A stretch of DNA of 64,000 nucleotides from NCBI GenBank assembly GCA_963727485.1, contig CAVSGM010000011.1, positions 352,001-416,000 on the forward strand, given 5' to 3'. This DNA is from an uncultured delta proteobacterium (GTDB lineage Bacteria; Myxococcota; Myxococcia; SLRQ01). Shown piece by piece: positions 1 through 9,990 of the stretch; positions within the stretch are counted from its first letter, which is position 1; each line of letters opens with the position of its first letter. A program made the position numbers and the translations under genes. The notes beneath the pieces are model-generated. The model was not told where the DNA came from, did no database searches, and was given only the letters and a program-made list of their open reading frames with translations.

Positions 1-182
1 GTGGGCACCCGGGCCAGGGCCTCGGCGGCGAGCGAGAGGGGCGGGAGCTTGTCTCCAATCGCTGGTTGGAGCAGCCCGGTGGTGCCGCCGACCTCGGGGC
101 GGACCGGTGTCGGTCCCGCGCCCAGGGCGAGGAGTCCGAGGAGGGGCAGGGCGGAGAGAAGCCTGGGAATGCGGTAGGTCAT
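1..182 (-). CDS. Partial (5' part) exported hypothetical protein, continues beyond the window start
   Basis: ATG at 182 with an AGGGAG RBS just after the pilY1 stop; reads MTYRIPRLLSALPLLGLLALGAGPTP..., a signal-peptide-like N-terminus; no stop before the window edge. Confidence 0.6.
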   Translation of the reverse strand, partial: MTYRIPRLLSALPLLGLLALGAGPTPVRPEVGGTTGLLQPAIGDKLPPLSLAAEALARVP

Positions 183-197
183 TTCGGTCTCCCTTGC

Positions 198-3100
198 CTA
201 CTGACAGATGTTCGTGCCCGAGCCGGTGTCGAGGCCGCAGGCGGCGTGTCGCCAGTCGTGGACGTCCCGGGTGACGTCGATGACCTCCGACTGCCCGTAG
301 ATGTCCTGGGTGGTCTTGCTCGAGGCCTCGCTGCCGCTGCTGTCCGCGACGCTGGTCTGCACCTTGCCGGCGTTGGCGCCGGTCCCGATCTGGGAGATGA
401 CGTTCGGCTGGCGCGGGGGCGCGGGTTCGGTGCCGGTGGTCTTCCGCGACATGTTCTGGTCGCTGGTGCTCACATAGGGGCCGAGGTCGAGGCCGCTCAA
501 GGCTCCGGTGACGTAGTTGCGGAAGTAGAGGTAGGCGGTCTGCTCGTTGGTGTTCTGCACGCAGGGGCAGGAGTGGGTCGGGGAGCAGACGTCCGCCGGC
601 GCCGAATCCGCCACCGCCACTGGTACCACCGCAGGCCAGCGGCTTGTTGGGGTTGGGTGCCAGCGTGGCCCAGCCCACGGAGGAGCCGGCGAAGACCCCG
701 GCGGACGCGGTCCGCTCGGAGACCATGTTGGTGCCGCTGGGGGTGACGTACTTGTAGAACCAGCCGGCATCGATCGAGCTCGCGGTATTCGTCCCGGACG
801 TCACGTCGACCAGGTCGCTCTCGGTCATCCGCGCCGAGTCGAAGATCCCGGCCGCCGTGGGGTCGTCGAAGGGCGTGTGGTTGAACACCCTCACCGAGTA
901 GAAGCGGTTGGGCGGCATGCCGTCGGTCTTGACGCACGCCAGGTCCGGGTCGGAGGCGTTGGGGTCGAGGAAGTCGGTCAGCGGCTTGTCGCAGGTGTAG
1001 GCGTTCTTGGTGCTGTCGTAGTGGCACTTGGGGTCGACGAGGAAGTTGGCATCACTCGCCGCCGGCCCGCTGTAGCGGTTGCAGTTGTGGATGTTGGTGT
1101 GGACGTCGAGGTCCAGGTCGGGGCAGCTGTTCATGCTGGCGCCGCTGAGGCTTCCGCTGCCCACCCCGTTCTCCTGATTGCTGGCGGTGTGGTCGGTGTG
1201 GAGCTTGCTCTGCTCGGTGAAGGTGTCGATCGTGATGTTGTCGGTCTTGAGGTCCACGTGGTCACACTGCCCGGAGAGGGCGCAGACCATCGGGTCGTTC
1301 ACCGAGCAGGTGCCGCCGGCGCGGTCCCGGAGCTGGGCGCGGTTCCCGGAGCCGATGTAGGTGCGGAGCAGAGCGCTCTCGGGCATCCAGGTGAGGCTCG
1401 GGGTCTCGAAGAACGGGGCCTGCCACCGCTCGTTGTTGGGGTCGCTGTTCTTGCCCGTGGGCATGAAGAGCCGGCCCGCCGACCACTTTGCGGGGCTGGG
1501 GTCGTGGAACCGCGCGACCCAGAGCTGACCGCCGGTGTCGCCGTCCACCAGGGTGTCGTAGTAGGCGCCATCGGTGCCTGGGGCGAGCATGGCGTTGTCG
1601 CCCCAGCCGGTGAGCGCCGGAGCCGCGGCGAAGCTGTACTTCAGCGCCTTTCGGACCCCGGCCGTGGCCGAGGTGCTCGTGGAATCCCCGAGCCCATTGA
1701 CGCCGCTCTGGGCGCTGCGGGTGAAGTTCCAGACGATCTTCCCGGTCCAGGCGTCGAGGAAGAAGAAGCCGCGGCCCCGGGCCTGGTGGGGGTCGTAGCC
1801 GCCCCCGACGGCGACGATCCAGCGCTCGTCCCAGGGGGTGGACGGCCCGTTGAGCCCCATCCCGCCCGAGGTGGCGTAGCGGATGGGGCCGATGGGCGGC
1901 GGGAGCTGGGCGGTGTCGTTCCAGGACTCGCCGACCTGAACCTCCTCCTGGCCATCGATGCCGTAGTCCTTGTGCCCCGGCCTGGGGAAGAGCCAGAGGA
2001 AGACCGGCTGGTAGTCGGGCTTGCCCGTACCGCTGTCGTACATGCCGCCGTCGGTGACGTCGAGGGCGAAGTAGTGGTGCCCGCCCCGCCGTTCGCCGAC
2101 CACGACCAGGGTGCGGTACTCGTCCGCGGACCGGTGGTGGTCGGGGCTGTTGACGATCCAGGGCTTGGCCGGGTCGATGCCGTCCACCCACACGTCGCGG
2201 ACCCAGGGCGAGCCGTCCACGAAGAGCTGGTGGGGGAAGCCGGCGACGCCGAAGTACTGGAGCTTGGGGAGGAGGTCGGGGGGGATGAAGGCCCAGAGCT
2301 CCTGCCCGGTGCCCTCGTCGTAGCTGCCCGGGGAGTGGCAGGTGTAGGGCAGGGTGGCGCCGGGCCCCGGCTGCCAGTGCCCGGCGTCGAAGGCGTGGAG
2401 CATCCCGTCGTTGCCCCCAACGAGGACGAACTCGTTGCGGTGGCAGATGGGGACGTTGTTGTGGTCCTTGTAGGGCAGGTACGCCGCGGTGGCGTTGTTG
2501 GGGTCGCCTTCCGAGAAGATGGTGTAGGGCGGGGCGCCGGTCCCGGACATCGGCTGCTCGGACTCGCTGAGGGTGAGCAGGTCCTGGGGGCTGCGCAGCG
2601 GCGTGTTCATCATCGACGCCGGGGTCGGCGGGGCCACCAGCACCGGCTGGGAGTGGAAGATGTCGCCCAGCATGTCCGGCCGCTGGGTGCAGGTGGTGGG
2701 GTCGAGGCTGCCATAGGTGCAGCCGAGGACGAAGGCCACCAGGCCCTGGGCGCACTTGTCGAGGGGCTGGCTCACGCCCGCGCTGATCCACAGGGAGCAG
2801 AAGGGGCTCTTGTCCGTGAGGTCCAGGTAGGGGCGGAGCGCAGCGAGGTGGCTCTCGTCGAAGGGAATGCGGTCATCACCCTGGAGCTTTCCATCGGTGT
2901 TGCCGTCGACGACCGTGTACACCCGACGCTGGTCCGGACCGATGCGGGCGACGCCGTTGGCCGAGGTCCCGGTGCCGAGGAGGTCGCTGGCCTCCCACAC
3001 GGGGTTCGCCGCGGTGGAGGTGAGCACGTAGTTGGGGTCGGTGGCCGTGTCGGTGTTCTTGTAGAAGCCGGTGGTCTTGTAGAACTCGCCGAGCTTGAGG

Positions 3101-4716
3101 GTGCCCCCCGAGTTCGCGACGTCGGTCTCGTTGGCGGCGCGCACCGGCGCGCACCCCGCGGGCGGGCCGCTGGCGTAGGAGGCGGCCGTGATGGGGCAGT
3201 CCTTGTCCACCAGGAAGAGGGCGTTCTGCTGGCCGTCCCCGTTGAGGTCGACGCCGAGGGCGAACTCGGAGATGAAGCGGAAGCGGAAGAGGCGCCCGTA
3301 CCAGGGGCCGTCGCGCCGGGGCAGGAGCTTGGGCACGAACACCGACTGGGTGGCCGAGCTCTGGACCTGGGAGAGATTGGCGCTGGTGAAGGTGATGGCG
3401 CGCTTGGCCACCTCCTTGGTGATGCTGCCCATCGCCTTCTCGAGCTCGGTGGCGTTGTCACCGGTGTAGGACTGGCCACCGGAGACCGCGGCGGTCTCGT
3501 CGAGGAGCGGCACGCTGAGACCGAAGCCGATGGTGAACACCGAGACGTGCTGGGGCTCCGGCACGTTGCTCCAGTCGCTGCGCACGTCGTGGTTGAAGAA
3601 CCACCAGGCCACGCGGGGGAGCAGATCCGAGCCACAGGTCGGGCACTGGGGGCTGGTGCCGGTGGAGGTCACGTTCTTGATGTCGCTGGGCACCTCCCAG
3701 CCGTCCCCCGAGGGGAGGCCGTCGGTGATCACCCCGATGGCGTTGAACTGGCAGGACCAGCACACCGACTTGTCGTTGGCGGCGGTCTTGGACTCGTACT
3801 CCGAGTACACCGAGCCGCTGCCGAAGTGGCTCTGGAAGTAGCCGGGATACGTGTAGTACTCCTCGGCGTGGGTAAGGGTGTTGGCCAGCGGAGTCCCGGT
3901 GTGGAAGGCCGCGCGGTCCATGCTCTCCACCTTCATGGACAGAGACTTGCGGTTGCTGTCGAAGTTGGAGGGCGTGGCGCTGGCGTCGGCGAGGTTGCAG
4001 GAGGGGTTGAGGTTCTTTACGATCCAGCCGCTGTAGTCCATGAGGCCCATGCGGATCTCGGCCAGCTTCGGGTCCATCAGGACGTCCTTGAACACCCTCC
4101 GGGCGATCACGTACTTCGGCGGGTAGATGTTGAAGAAGTTGCCGTCGCCGACGACCTCGCCGTACCAGTCGTAGTATCCCTTGGTGTAGATGCACTGCAG
4201 GCACTCGCTCTTGTAGCTCCCGAAGTGCCCGCAGACCGAGCTGATGGGGCCAAGCTCGCCGCTGGAGGCGCTGCCGCCCATGCCCCCCAGGCTGCCCGAG
4301 TAGGCGGTGCCGGCGACGAAGAGCCCCGAGTGGCCGCCCCAGGCGGACACCGTCGGGTCGTAGTCGGGCGCCGGGTTGTTGTAGGTGCAGTTCCAGCTCG
4401 AGTCGCAGGTCGGCTGGTAGGTCGCGTAGCCGACGCTGTTGAACGTCGAGTCACTGCACCCGCGGTCATGCCAGTTGGGCATGTGCGGCATGTCGCGCAT
4501 CGAGCAGGAGTTGTCGAGGATCCACACCAGGTTCGGGGTGGAGCCCGTCTTCTTGGTGAAGAAGTCGTTGTCACCGCCCTCCGCGGGCCACAGGTACATG
4601 TCCATGAGGCTGGCGGCCTGGAGTCGGCAGGCAATGGGGTCCGGCGCGGCCCGGCTGGCGGTGGGCCAGCCGGTGACGAGGAGCAGACCGGCGAGGGCGA
4701 GGAGCTTGGTTCGCAT
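198..4716 (-). CDS. pilY1: PilY1-like type IV pilus tip adhesin (vWA domain plus C-terminal beta-propeller), ~1500 aa, one apparent frameshift at ~606
   Basis: Missing from the ORF track because its frame runs off the edge; it is antisense to ORF 547..4911. It starts MRTKLLALAGLLLVTG (signal peptide) and has vWA/MIDAS-like WILDNSCSM...TPLA...VITDGLP plus PilY1 propeller motifs LGDIFHSQP, VGGNDGMLHAF, GQELWAFIP, FVDGSP and YFALDVT. The C-terminus is in frame 198..770 after removing one base at 604-608. Last gene of the minor-pilin operon. Confidence 0.88.
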
Positions 4717-4731
4717 GGCGTCTCCCGGGAC

Positions 4732-5253
4732 CTAGTTGAGCCCGTAGTGAATGGTGAACTCGACCTCTTGCACCCGGCCGCTGTTGTCCTCGCAGCGGGC
4801 GATGATGCGCCTGCAGGAGCCGGCGCCAGCGCCGTTGCGCCCGAGGACCTGGTTGCTGAGGTTGCGGAAGTTGCCCGAGCCCGAGCTGCCCCGGCCGCAG
4901 TTCTGGGGTGAGACCAGCTGTACGTTGGTCACGTTGGTGGCCATCGGCGGCGCGTCGGGATCCCCGCCCGAGGCCACCGTCAGCTTCGAAGGCGACGGGT
5001 CGCTCGCGTTGGCCTGCCCGGTGGTGAGGCTGAAGCTGGTCGGGAAGTTGGCGTTGAGCCGGAGCTGGCTCTGGAGCATCTGCCGGGCCGCCCGGGCGCA
5101 GGCGAGCATGGTGGTGCTGTGGGTCCCGGACGCCGCCGACTCCACCTCCCTCGAGGCGAGGCGCAGGGCCCCGGCTCCGAGGATGAGGAGCACGGCGAGG
5201 ATCACGAGGACGATGATGAGCGTATAGCCGCGGTCGCCTTGGGTTCGATACAT
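4732..5253 (-). CDS. pilX: PilX-like minor pilin
   Basis: Prepilin-like leader RG|YTLIIVLVILAVLL lacking Glu+5, which is typical of PilX/GspK; lies between pilW and pilY1. Confidence 0.75.
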   Translation of the reverse strand: MYRTQGDRGYTLIIVLVILAVLLILGAGALRLASREVESAASGTHSTTMLACARAARQMLQSQLRLNANFPTSFSLTTGQANASDPSPSKLTVASGGDPDAPPMATNVTNVQLVSPQNCGRGSSGSGNFRNLSNQVLGRNGAGAGSCRRIIARCEDNSGRVQEVEFTIHYGLN

Positions 5254-5266
5254 GCCCGGGCTCCAA

Positions 5267-6682
5267 TCAGATCATGGGGATGGCGGTGGCGCTGGTATTG
5301 GGGACGTCGACGGTGACCGAGAGCCGCACCCGGCCGTACCCGTCGAGGGGATCGCCGGAGCGATTGTGGTCCTCGATGGAGAAGTCCTTCGGCGGGTCTC
5401 CGCCGTTCTTGTCCACCACCCCATTGCGCATCGCCGGCCGAGCGGTGCGGGCGACGAGGGTGAGGCGCACCTTGACCACGTTCCCCGGCACCGGCGCCTG
5501 GCGCTGGGGTGCGTCGAGGCCACAGGGGAAGAGCGCGGTGCTCTTGTAGAAGCCCTCGGACGAGGAGATTGCCAGGTCCGAGGAGCAGGCCTGGGGGCAG
5601 CACTGGGAGCCGGTGTAGGATGACGGACAGTTCGCGGGGGCACAGGAGCCGCACTCCTGGGTGCTCTGGCAGAGGCCCTCGAGGGGCGCTGGCGTCGTCC
5701 CCCAACCGCCCGTGGCCGTGTCGTAGTAGCTCAGCACCTTGCCCGAGGAGCCGAAGTAGGTCTCGCCGTCCCGGAGGATGTAGGCCACCTGGAGGTCGTC
5801 GATGTCCGCGGCGACCGGCTCGGGCGGATCGATGGTGCTTCCCCCGGGCGTGGTGTCGATGCCCCGGTCGAGGTAGAGGAACGGCCTCTTGCTGGTGGGG
5901 TCGTCGGCGACGAAGAACCGGTAGCGGTTGATGAGATAGGCCGTGGCGAGCCCGCCGGAGATGCACGGAGCCGAGGCGTTGCCCGAGGTGTTCTGGCGGT
6001 ACGGAGTGGCGCTGGAGCTGGAGGCCAGGGGCACGTTCACCGCACCGCCGCCCTTGGACAGCGTGACCGGGGAAATGGCGGTGGTGGCGTAGAAGAAGGT
6101 GTAGGCGCTGGGGCAGGTCACCAGGAGCACCGCGTTGCCGGGGATGGTGGTCTGGTCGCCACTGTGGGCCTCGAGGATCAGCGACCCGGCGGTCGAGCCC
6201 GCGTCGACCTTCCACACATCGCCGAGGAGGCCCGGGGCGGTGCCCGGGGTCGGGGGCACGTAGGAGTGGGTGCTTCGTGCGTAGAAGACCAGCTCGTCGG
6301 TGCCCGGGTGGGTCTTGAGGTTCGTCGGAGGGGCGCCGCCGGCGTCCCAGGGGGCGGTGGCCATGTTGTTGCGGCACGAGAGCCCCGCGCACTGGTACCA
6401 ATCCATGTCGATGGCGAAGGCCGGGCTCATGCCCGCGCCGGCCATGTGGACCAGGCGGCCCATCTGCGTCAGCGCCGCCCGCGCCGAGTCCTCGGTGCGG
6501 CGACCGTTCTCCAGACCCCGGAAGAGCCGGTTCTGGGCCAGGAACCCGGTGATCACCGCCGCCAGGACGATGGCCACCAGGACCGTGGAGATCATCAGCT
6601 CCAGGAGGGTGAAGCCGGCTTGGTGACGACGACGCCGGTGCGTGGCGTCGGGACTCTGTCGATGTGGGCGCATATCGGTCAT
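5267..6682 (-). CDS. pilW: PilW-like minor pilin (471 aa)
   Basis: Type III signal AG|FTLLELMISTV; C-terminal PVAADIDDLQVAY and VRLTLVART motifs typical of PilW; ATGA overlap with the pilV stop. Confidence 0.8.
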   Translation of the reverse strand: MTDMRPHRQSPDATHRRRRHQAGFTLLELMISTVLVAIVLAAVITGFLAQNRLFRGLENGRRTEDSARAALTQMGRLVHMAGAGMSPAFAIDMDWYQCAGLSCRNNMATAPWDAGGAPPTNLKTHPGTDELVFYARSTHSYVPPTPGTAPGLLGDVWKVDAGSTAGSLILEAHSGDQTTIPGNAVLLVTCPSAYTFFYATTAISPVTLSKGGGAVNVPLASSSSATPYRQNTSGNASAPCISGGLATAYLINRYRFFVADDPTSKRPFLYLDRGIDTTPGGSTIDPPEPVAADIDDLQVAYILRDGETYFGSSGKVLSYYDTATGGWGTTPAPLEGLCQSTQECGSCAPANCPSSYTGSQCCPQACSSDLAISSSEGFYKSTALFPCGLDAPQRQAPVPGNVVKVRLTLVARTARPAMRNGVVDKNGGDPPKDFSIEDHNRSGDPLDGYGRVRLSVTVDVPNTSATAIPMI

Positions 6683-7353
6683 GGCATCAAGGTCATGAGG
6701 GTGGGGTTGGCGCGGTAGCCGGTGAGGACCACCCGCTGGAAGGTGCCGGTGGTCGTCCGCCAGCGGACCACCACGGAGATGAGGACGCCCTGGATCTTCC
6801 CGCTGCCGTCGGGCTCGTCCTTGACCAGCCAGTAGCGGTTGAAGTCGTCCTTCCCGTTCCCGTTGAAGTCGAGGGTGGGCCGCCCCGAGCCGGGGGCGGA
6901 GACGTTGGTGCTCGCGTAGCCCTGGAAGGGGCACTGGACCTTGGGCTTGGCCATCGAGGCACAGGGATCGCCGCCGGTGGTGAGTGCGTCCACGGCGTCG
7001 AGGTCCGCCTCGTTGTGGTCGTAGTAGGTGTTGACGATCGTGGCCTTGGTGAAGTTGTCCGCCACGTCCCGCATCTCGGCGGCGCCGTCGTTCCCGCCAT
7101 TGCTGTCGGCGAGCAGGGTGGTGCGCGCGGCCGTCCAGGGCACGTGCTCGAGATAGTTCAGGAGATCCCAGGCCACGGTGGTCGCCTGGTCGACCTTCTG
7201 GGCGTGCCCGTCGAAGCCGGCGGCGTAGGTGTGCATGGCCGCCAGGCCCGCGAACCCGATGAGGAAGATCACCGAGGAGATCAGCACCTCGAGGATGCTG
7301 AACCCACGCTCGGAGGGCCGGCCGCGAACGCCGGGACGAGGCCGTCGGTTCAT
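6679..7353 (-). CDS. pilV: PilV-like minor pilin (224 aa)
   Basis: RG|FSILEVLISSVIFLIGFAGL leader; C-terminal ISVVVRW motif; ATGA overlap with the fimU stop. Confidence 0.78.
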   Translation of the reverse strand: MNRRPRPGVRGRPSERGFSILEVLISSVIFLIGFAGLAAMHTYAAGFDGHAQKVDQATTVAWDLLNYLEHVPWTAARTTLLADSNGGNDGAAEMRDVADNFTKATIVNTYYDHNEADLDAVDALTTGGDPCASMAKPKVQCPFQGYASTNVSAPGSGRPTLDFNGNGKDDFNRYWLVKDEPDGSGKIQGVLISVVVRWRTTTGTFQRVVLTGYRANPTLMTLMP

Positions 7354-8081
7354 TGGGAGAACTCCGTGCTCAGGCCAAAGGGGAGGGTGATGGTGACCAG
7401 GCTGGCCCCGATGGCGTTCGACTGCGTCACGCCGAGGGCGAGGAGGGCCCCCTTGGGCTGGGGCGTCCCCGACGTGGGCTGGGCCACGCGGACCTGGCCG
7501 TTGGGCATGAACTCGAGCCAGCCGTTGCCGCCGAAGGCCCCCTTGCAGAAGGAGCAGCCGAGGGTGGGGGTCGTCGCGACCGATGAGAGGGTCGTCCCCC
7601 ACCACTTGTAGGCGTCGGGGATGTCGCTCACGGCGGCGAAGGAGCTCGGGGCCACGCCCTTGACCCGAGAGGGGATGTCCAGGACCGTCTGCACCTCGTC
7701 GTGGCGACAGACGCCGGGGCACGATCCGGTCTCCACGTCGGCGCCGGCGGTGGTCTTGATGGTGGCCAGGGTCTTGTTGGTGGCCGGGTCGAAGTTGAGG
7801 TTCCAGTCCCGGTAGACCACCACGTGGGCATCGGCCCCGGCGGTGGCCGCCGGCAGGTAGCCCACCCAGACCGCGGCGTTGTCGGCGAGGGCCCGGTCGC
7901 GCGCGGTCTGGAGGATCGCCGAGATCTGGGACACGGCGTCGCTGAGCTGGGCCTTCGGCCGCATCCCGGTGATTCCGACGGCGGTGATCCCCGCCAGGAT
8001 GCCGACGATCGCGACGGTGACCGCGAGCTCGATGAGGGTGAAGCCGCGTTGGGCGACGGGACGATGTGGCTGCGTGTCCAT
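7350..8081 (-). CDS. fimU: FimU/FimT-like minor pilin
   Basis: RG|FTLIELAVTVAIVGILA leader, LQTARDRAL helix, LEFMPNG motif; first gene of the minor-pilin operon. Confidence 0.78.
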   Translation of the reverse strand: MDTQPHRPVAQRGFTLIELAVTVAIVGILAGITAVGITGMRPKAQLSDAVSQISAILQTARDRALADNAAVWVGYLPAATAGADAHVVVYRDWNLNFDPATNKTLATIKTTAGADVETGSCPGVCRHDEVQTVLDIPSRVKGVAPSSFAAVSDIPDAYKWWGTTLSSVATTPTLGCSFCKGAFGGNGWLEFMPNGQVRVAQPTSGTPQPKGALLALGVTQSNAIGASLVTITLPFGLSTEFSQ

Positions 8082-8095
8082 TGCCGCGATGGAAC

Positions 8096-8111
8096 TGCAA
8101 CGGACGTGCCC
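8096..8111 (-). promoter_or_regulatory. Sigma-54 (-24/-12) promoter for the fimU-pilVWX-pilY1 operon
   Basis: Minus strand GGGCACG-TCCG-TTGCA matches TGGCACG-N4-TTGC with correct GG/GC spacing. Confidence 0.65.
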
Positions 8112-8161
8112 CCTACCGGCCTCCGAATTCCAGGGGGTTGGGGAGGTGCGGTCCCGACAGC

Positions 8162-8197
8162 GCTATGAAGCAGATTGCGGCTATGAACGCGCTTGCG
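8162..8197. repeat. Tandem imperfect 18-bp direct repeat, candidate activator binding site
   Basis: GCTATGAA-gcaga-TTGCG followed directly by GCTATGAA-cgcgc-TTGCG in the pilI-fimU intergenic region. Confidence 0.55.
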
Positions 8198-8239
8198 ATG
8201 TAGGCCCCAGGGCGTCCTGGTAGGTGCAGGTACGCGAGC

Positions 8240-9013
8240 CTACTTGAAGTCGCGCCGCTCGAAGGCGACGACCGCCGCCATCAGGAAGGCCCCGGTGTAG
8301 AGGAGGCCGTAGAGGATGGTGAGCGCCGCCGCGTGGGTCTTCACCTGCTGGTCGTAGGTGATCTGGTGCGCGAGGCTGAAGCGGTCGAGGTTGGGGACCA
8401 CGTAGTAGATGGCGGAGGTGAGCCACTTGACCGCGGCGCTGTGGACCTTCTGCCCGAAGTAGTAGAGGTCGGGGCTGAAGTGGCCGATGAGGTAGAGCCC
8501 CACAGTGGCAAAGGCCGAGAGCGCCGAGCCGGTGAAGGTGGACATGAGGATGGCGAAGGCCACCACCACCGAGAGCTGGGTGAGGGCGAGGACGAAGTAC
8601 CAGAGCAGGGGCGACAGGCTCGGGCGGACCGTGCTGGCGGTGTAGAGCACGACCAGGAGGCTCACGAACATCACCCCCAGGCTCACCAGGAGCACCAGGA
8701 AGAGCCCCAGGAACTTGCCGACGATGAACTGCCACCGGCGGATGGGCTTGGTGACCACCGTGTAGACCGTCTTCCGGTCCACCTCCCGGCTCACCAGGCC
8801 GATGCCCAGGAAGATGGCGAGCAGCGCGCCGAAGAAGTCGATGGCGCCGGTGCCGACGTCCCGGAGCACCCGGTCGAAGGCGGCGATGGTGAGGTTGGTG
8901 AAGATGAAGCTGCTGAGGATGAAGGCCACGGCGAAGAAGAAGATCGAGTAGAAGACCTTGTTCCGCCGGGCCTCCCGGAAGGTGGTGGAGGCGATGCTCA
9001 GGGCAGGGTTCAT
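8240..9013 (-). CDS. pilI: ABC transporter permease, PilI-like
   Basis: IASTTFREARRNKV start, EVDRKTVYTVVTKPIRRWQFIVGKFLG motif, C-terminal FERRDFK, about six TM segments; pilG-H-I order after pilA. Confidence 0.85.
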   Translation of the reverse strand: MNPALSIASTTFREARRNKVFYSIFFFAVAFILSSFIFTNLTIAAFDRVLRDVGTGAIDFFGALLAIFLGIGLVSREVDRKTVYTVVTKPIRRWQFIVGKFLGLFLVLLVSLGVMFVSLLVVLYTASTVRPSLSPLLWYFVLALTQLSVVVAFAILMSTFTGSALSAFATVGLYLIGHFSPDLYYFGQKVHSAAVKWLTSAIYYVVPNLDRFSLAHQITYDQQVKTHAAALTILYGLLYTGAFLMAAVVAFERRDFK

Positions 9014-9990
9014 TCGTTCCCTCCGGCGACCCGGGCGGCCCGGGGGGCGTCGTCGGCCTCGTCGCGGGTGGCGATCTCCTCGATGAAGATGTCCTCCATC
9101 GGGCGGCGCTGGCTCTGGACCGATTCCACCGAGGCCCCGGCCGCGAGCCCCTGGCGGAGGGCGTCGTCCACCGACGCCGAGGCGGGGACGAGCACGGAGA
9201 CGGCGCTCCCCACGGCCCGGGCGCCGTAGTCGGGGAAGAGGCCTGAGATGCGCGCCAGGGGCAGGCCGGAGAACACCACCTCGGTGGCCGCGGCGCCGAC
9301 GTCGAGGAGCTCGCTCACCGGCCCCTCGCGGACGATGCGCCCGGCTATGAGGATGCCCACCCGGTCGCAGACCAGCTCCACGTCGGGGATGATGTGGGTG
9401 GAGAAGAACACGGTCTTCCCCCGCGACTTGAGCTCCAGGATCAGCTCGCGGATCTCCCGGCGGCCGATGGGGTCGAGGCCGGAGACCGGCTCGTCGAGGA
9501 TCACCACCTCGGGGTCGCCGAGGATCGCCTGGGCGATGCCAAGGCGCTGGACCATGCCCTTGGAGTAGCGCCGGACCTGGAGGTTGCCCGCCCGGGCCAG
9601 GCCCACCCGCTCCAGCAGGGTGCCGGCGCGGGTCCGGGCCTCAGCCCGGGAGAGGCCGAGGAGGGCCCCGTAGTGGTGCATCAGCTCATTGCCGGTGAGG
9701 AACTCGTAGAACACGGGGTTCTCCGGCAGGTAGCCGATGCGCCGGCGGGCCGACGGCGTGGAGAGGGGTTCGCCGAAGACCAGGGCGTCGCCGGCGGTGG
9801 GGAGGATGAGCCGGGTGAGGACCTTGATGGTCGTGGACTTCCCGGCACCGTTGGGGCCGAGGAAGCCGTAGATCTCACCGGGGTCGACGTGGAGGTCGAC
9901 GCCCCGTAGGGCCTCCACCTTCTTCAGGCCGGCGAATCCGACGTTGAAGGTCTTGTGGAGGCCGCGAACCTCGATGGCGGGTGTGGTCAT
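9010..9990 (-). CDS. pilH: ABC transporter ATP-binding protein, PilH-like
   Basis: Starts MTTPAIEVRGLHKTF; Walker A GPNGAGKST, signature YSKGM, Walker B ILDEP, H-loop STH. Confidence 0.9.
   Translation of the reverse strand: MTTPAIEVRGLHKTFNVGFAGLKKVEALRGVDLHVDPGEIYGFLGPNGAGKSTTIKVLTRLILPTAGDALVFGEPLSTPSARRRIGYLPENPVFYEFLTGNELMHHYGALLGLSRAEARTRAGTLLERVGLARAGNLQVRRYSKGMVQRLGIAQAILGDPEVVILDEPVSGLDPIGRREIRELILELKSRGKTVFFSTHIIPDVELVCDRVGILIAGRIVREGPVSELLDVGAAATEVVFSGLPLARISGLFPDYGARAVGSAVSVLVPASASVDDALRQGLAAGASVESVQSQRRPMEDIFIEEIATRDEADDAPRAARVAGGNE

Noticed and set aside
547..4911. 1454-aa plus-strand ORF, and similar long antisense ORFs (26796..30200, 37144..40026, 41268..44312, most of 55038..58439)
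   Set aside because: These are exact antisense shadows of real genes. High-GC codon bias suppresses stops on the opposite strand, and they contain no recognisable motifs.
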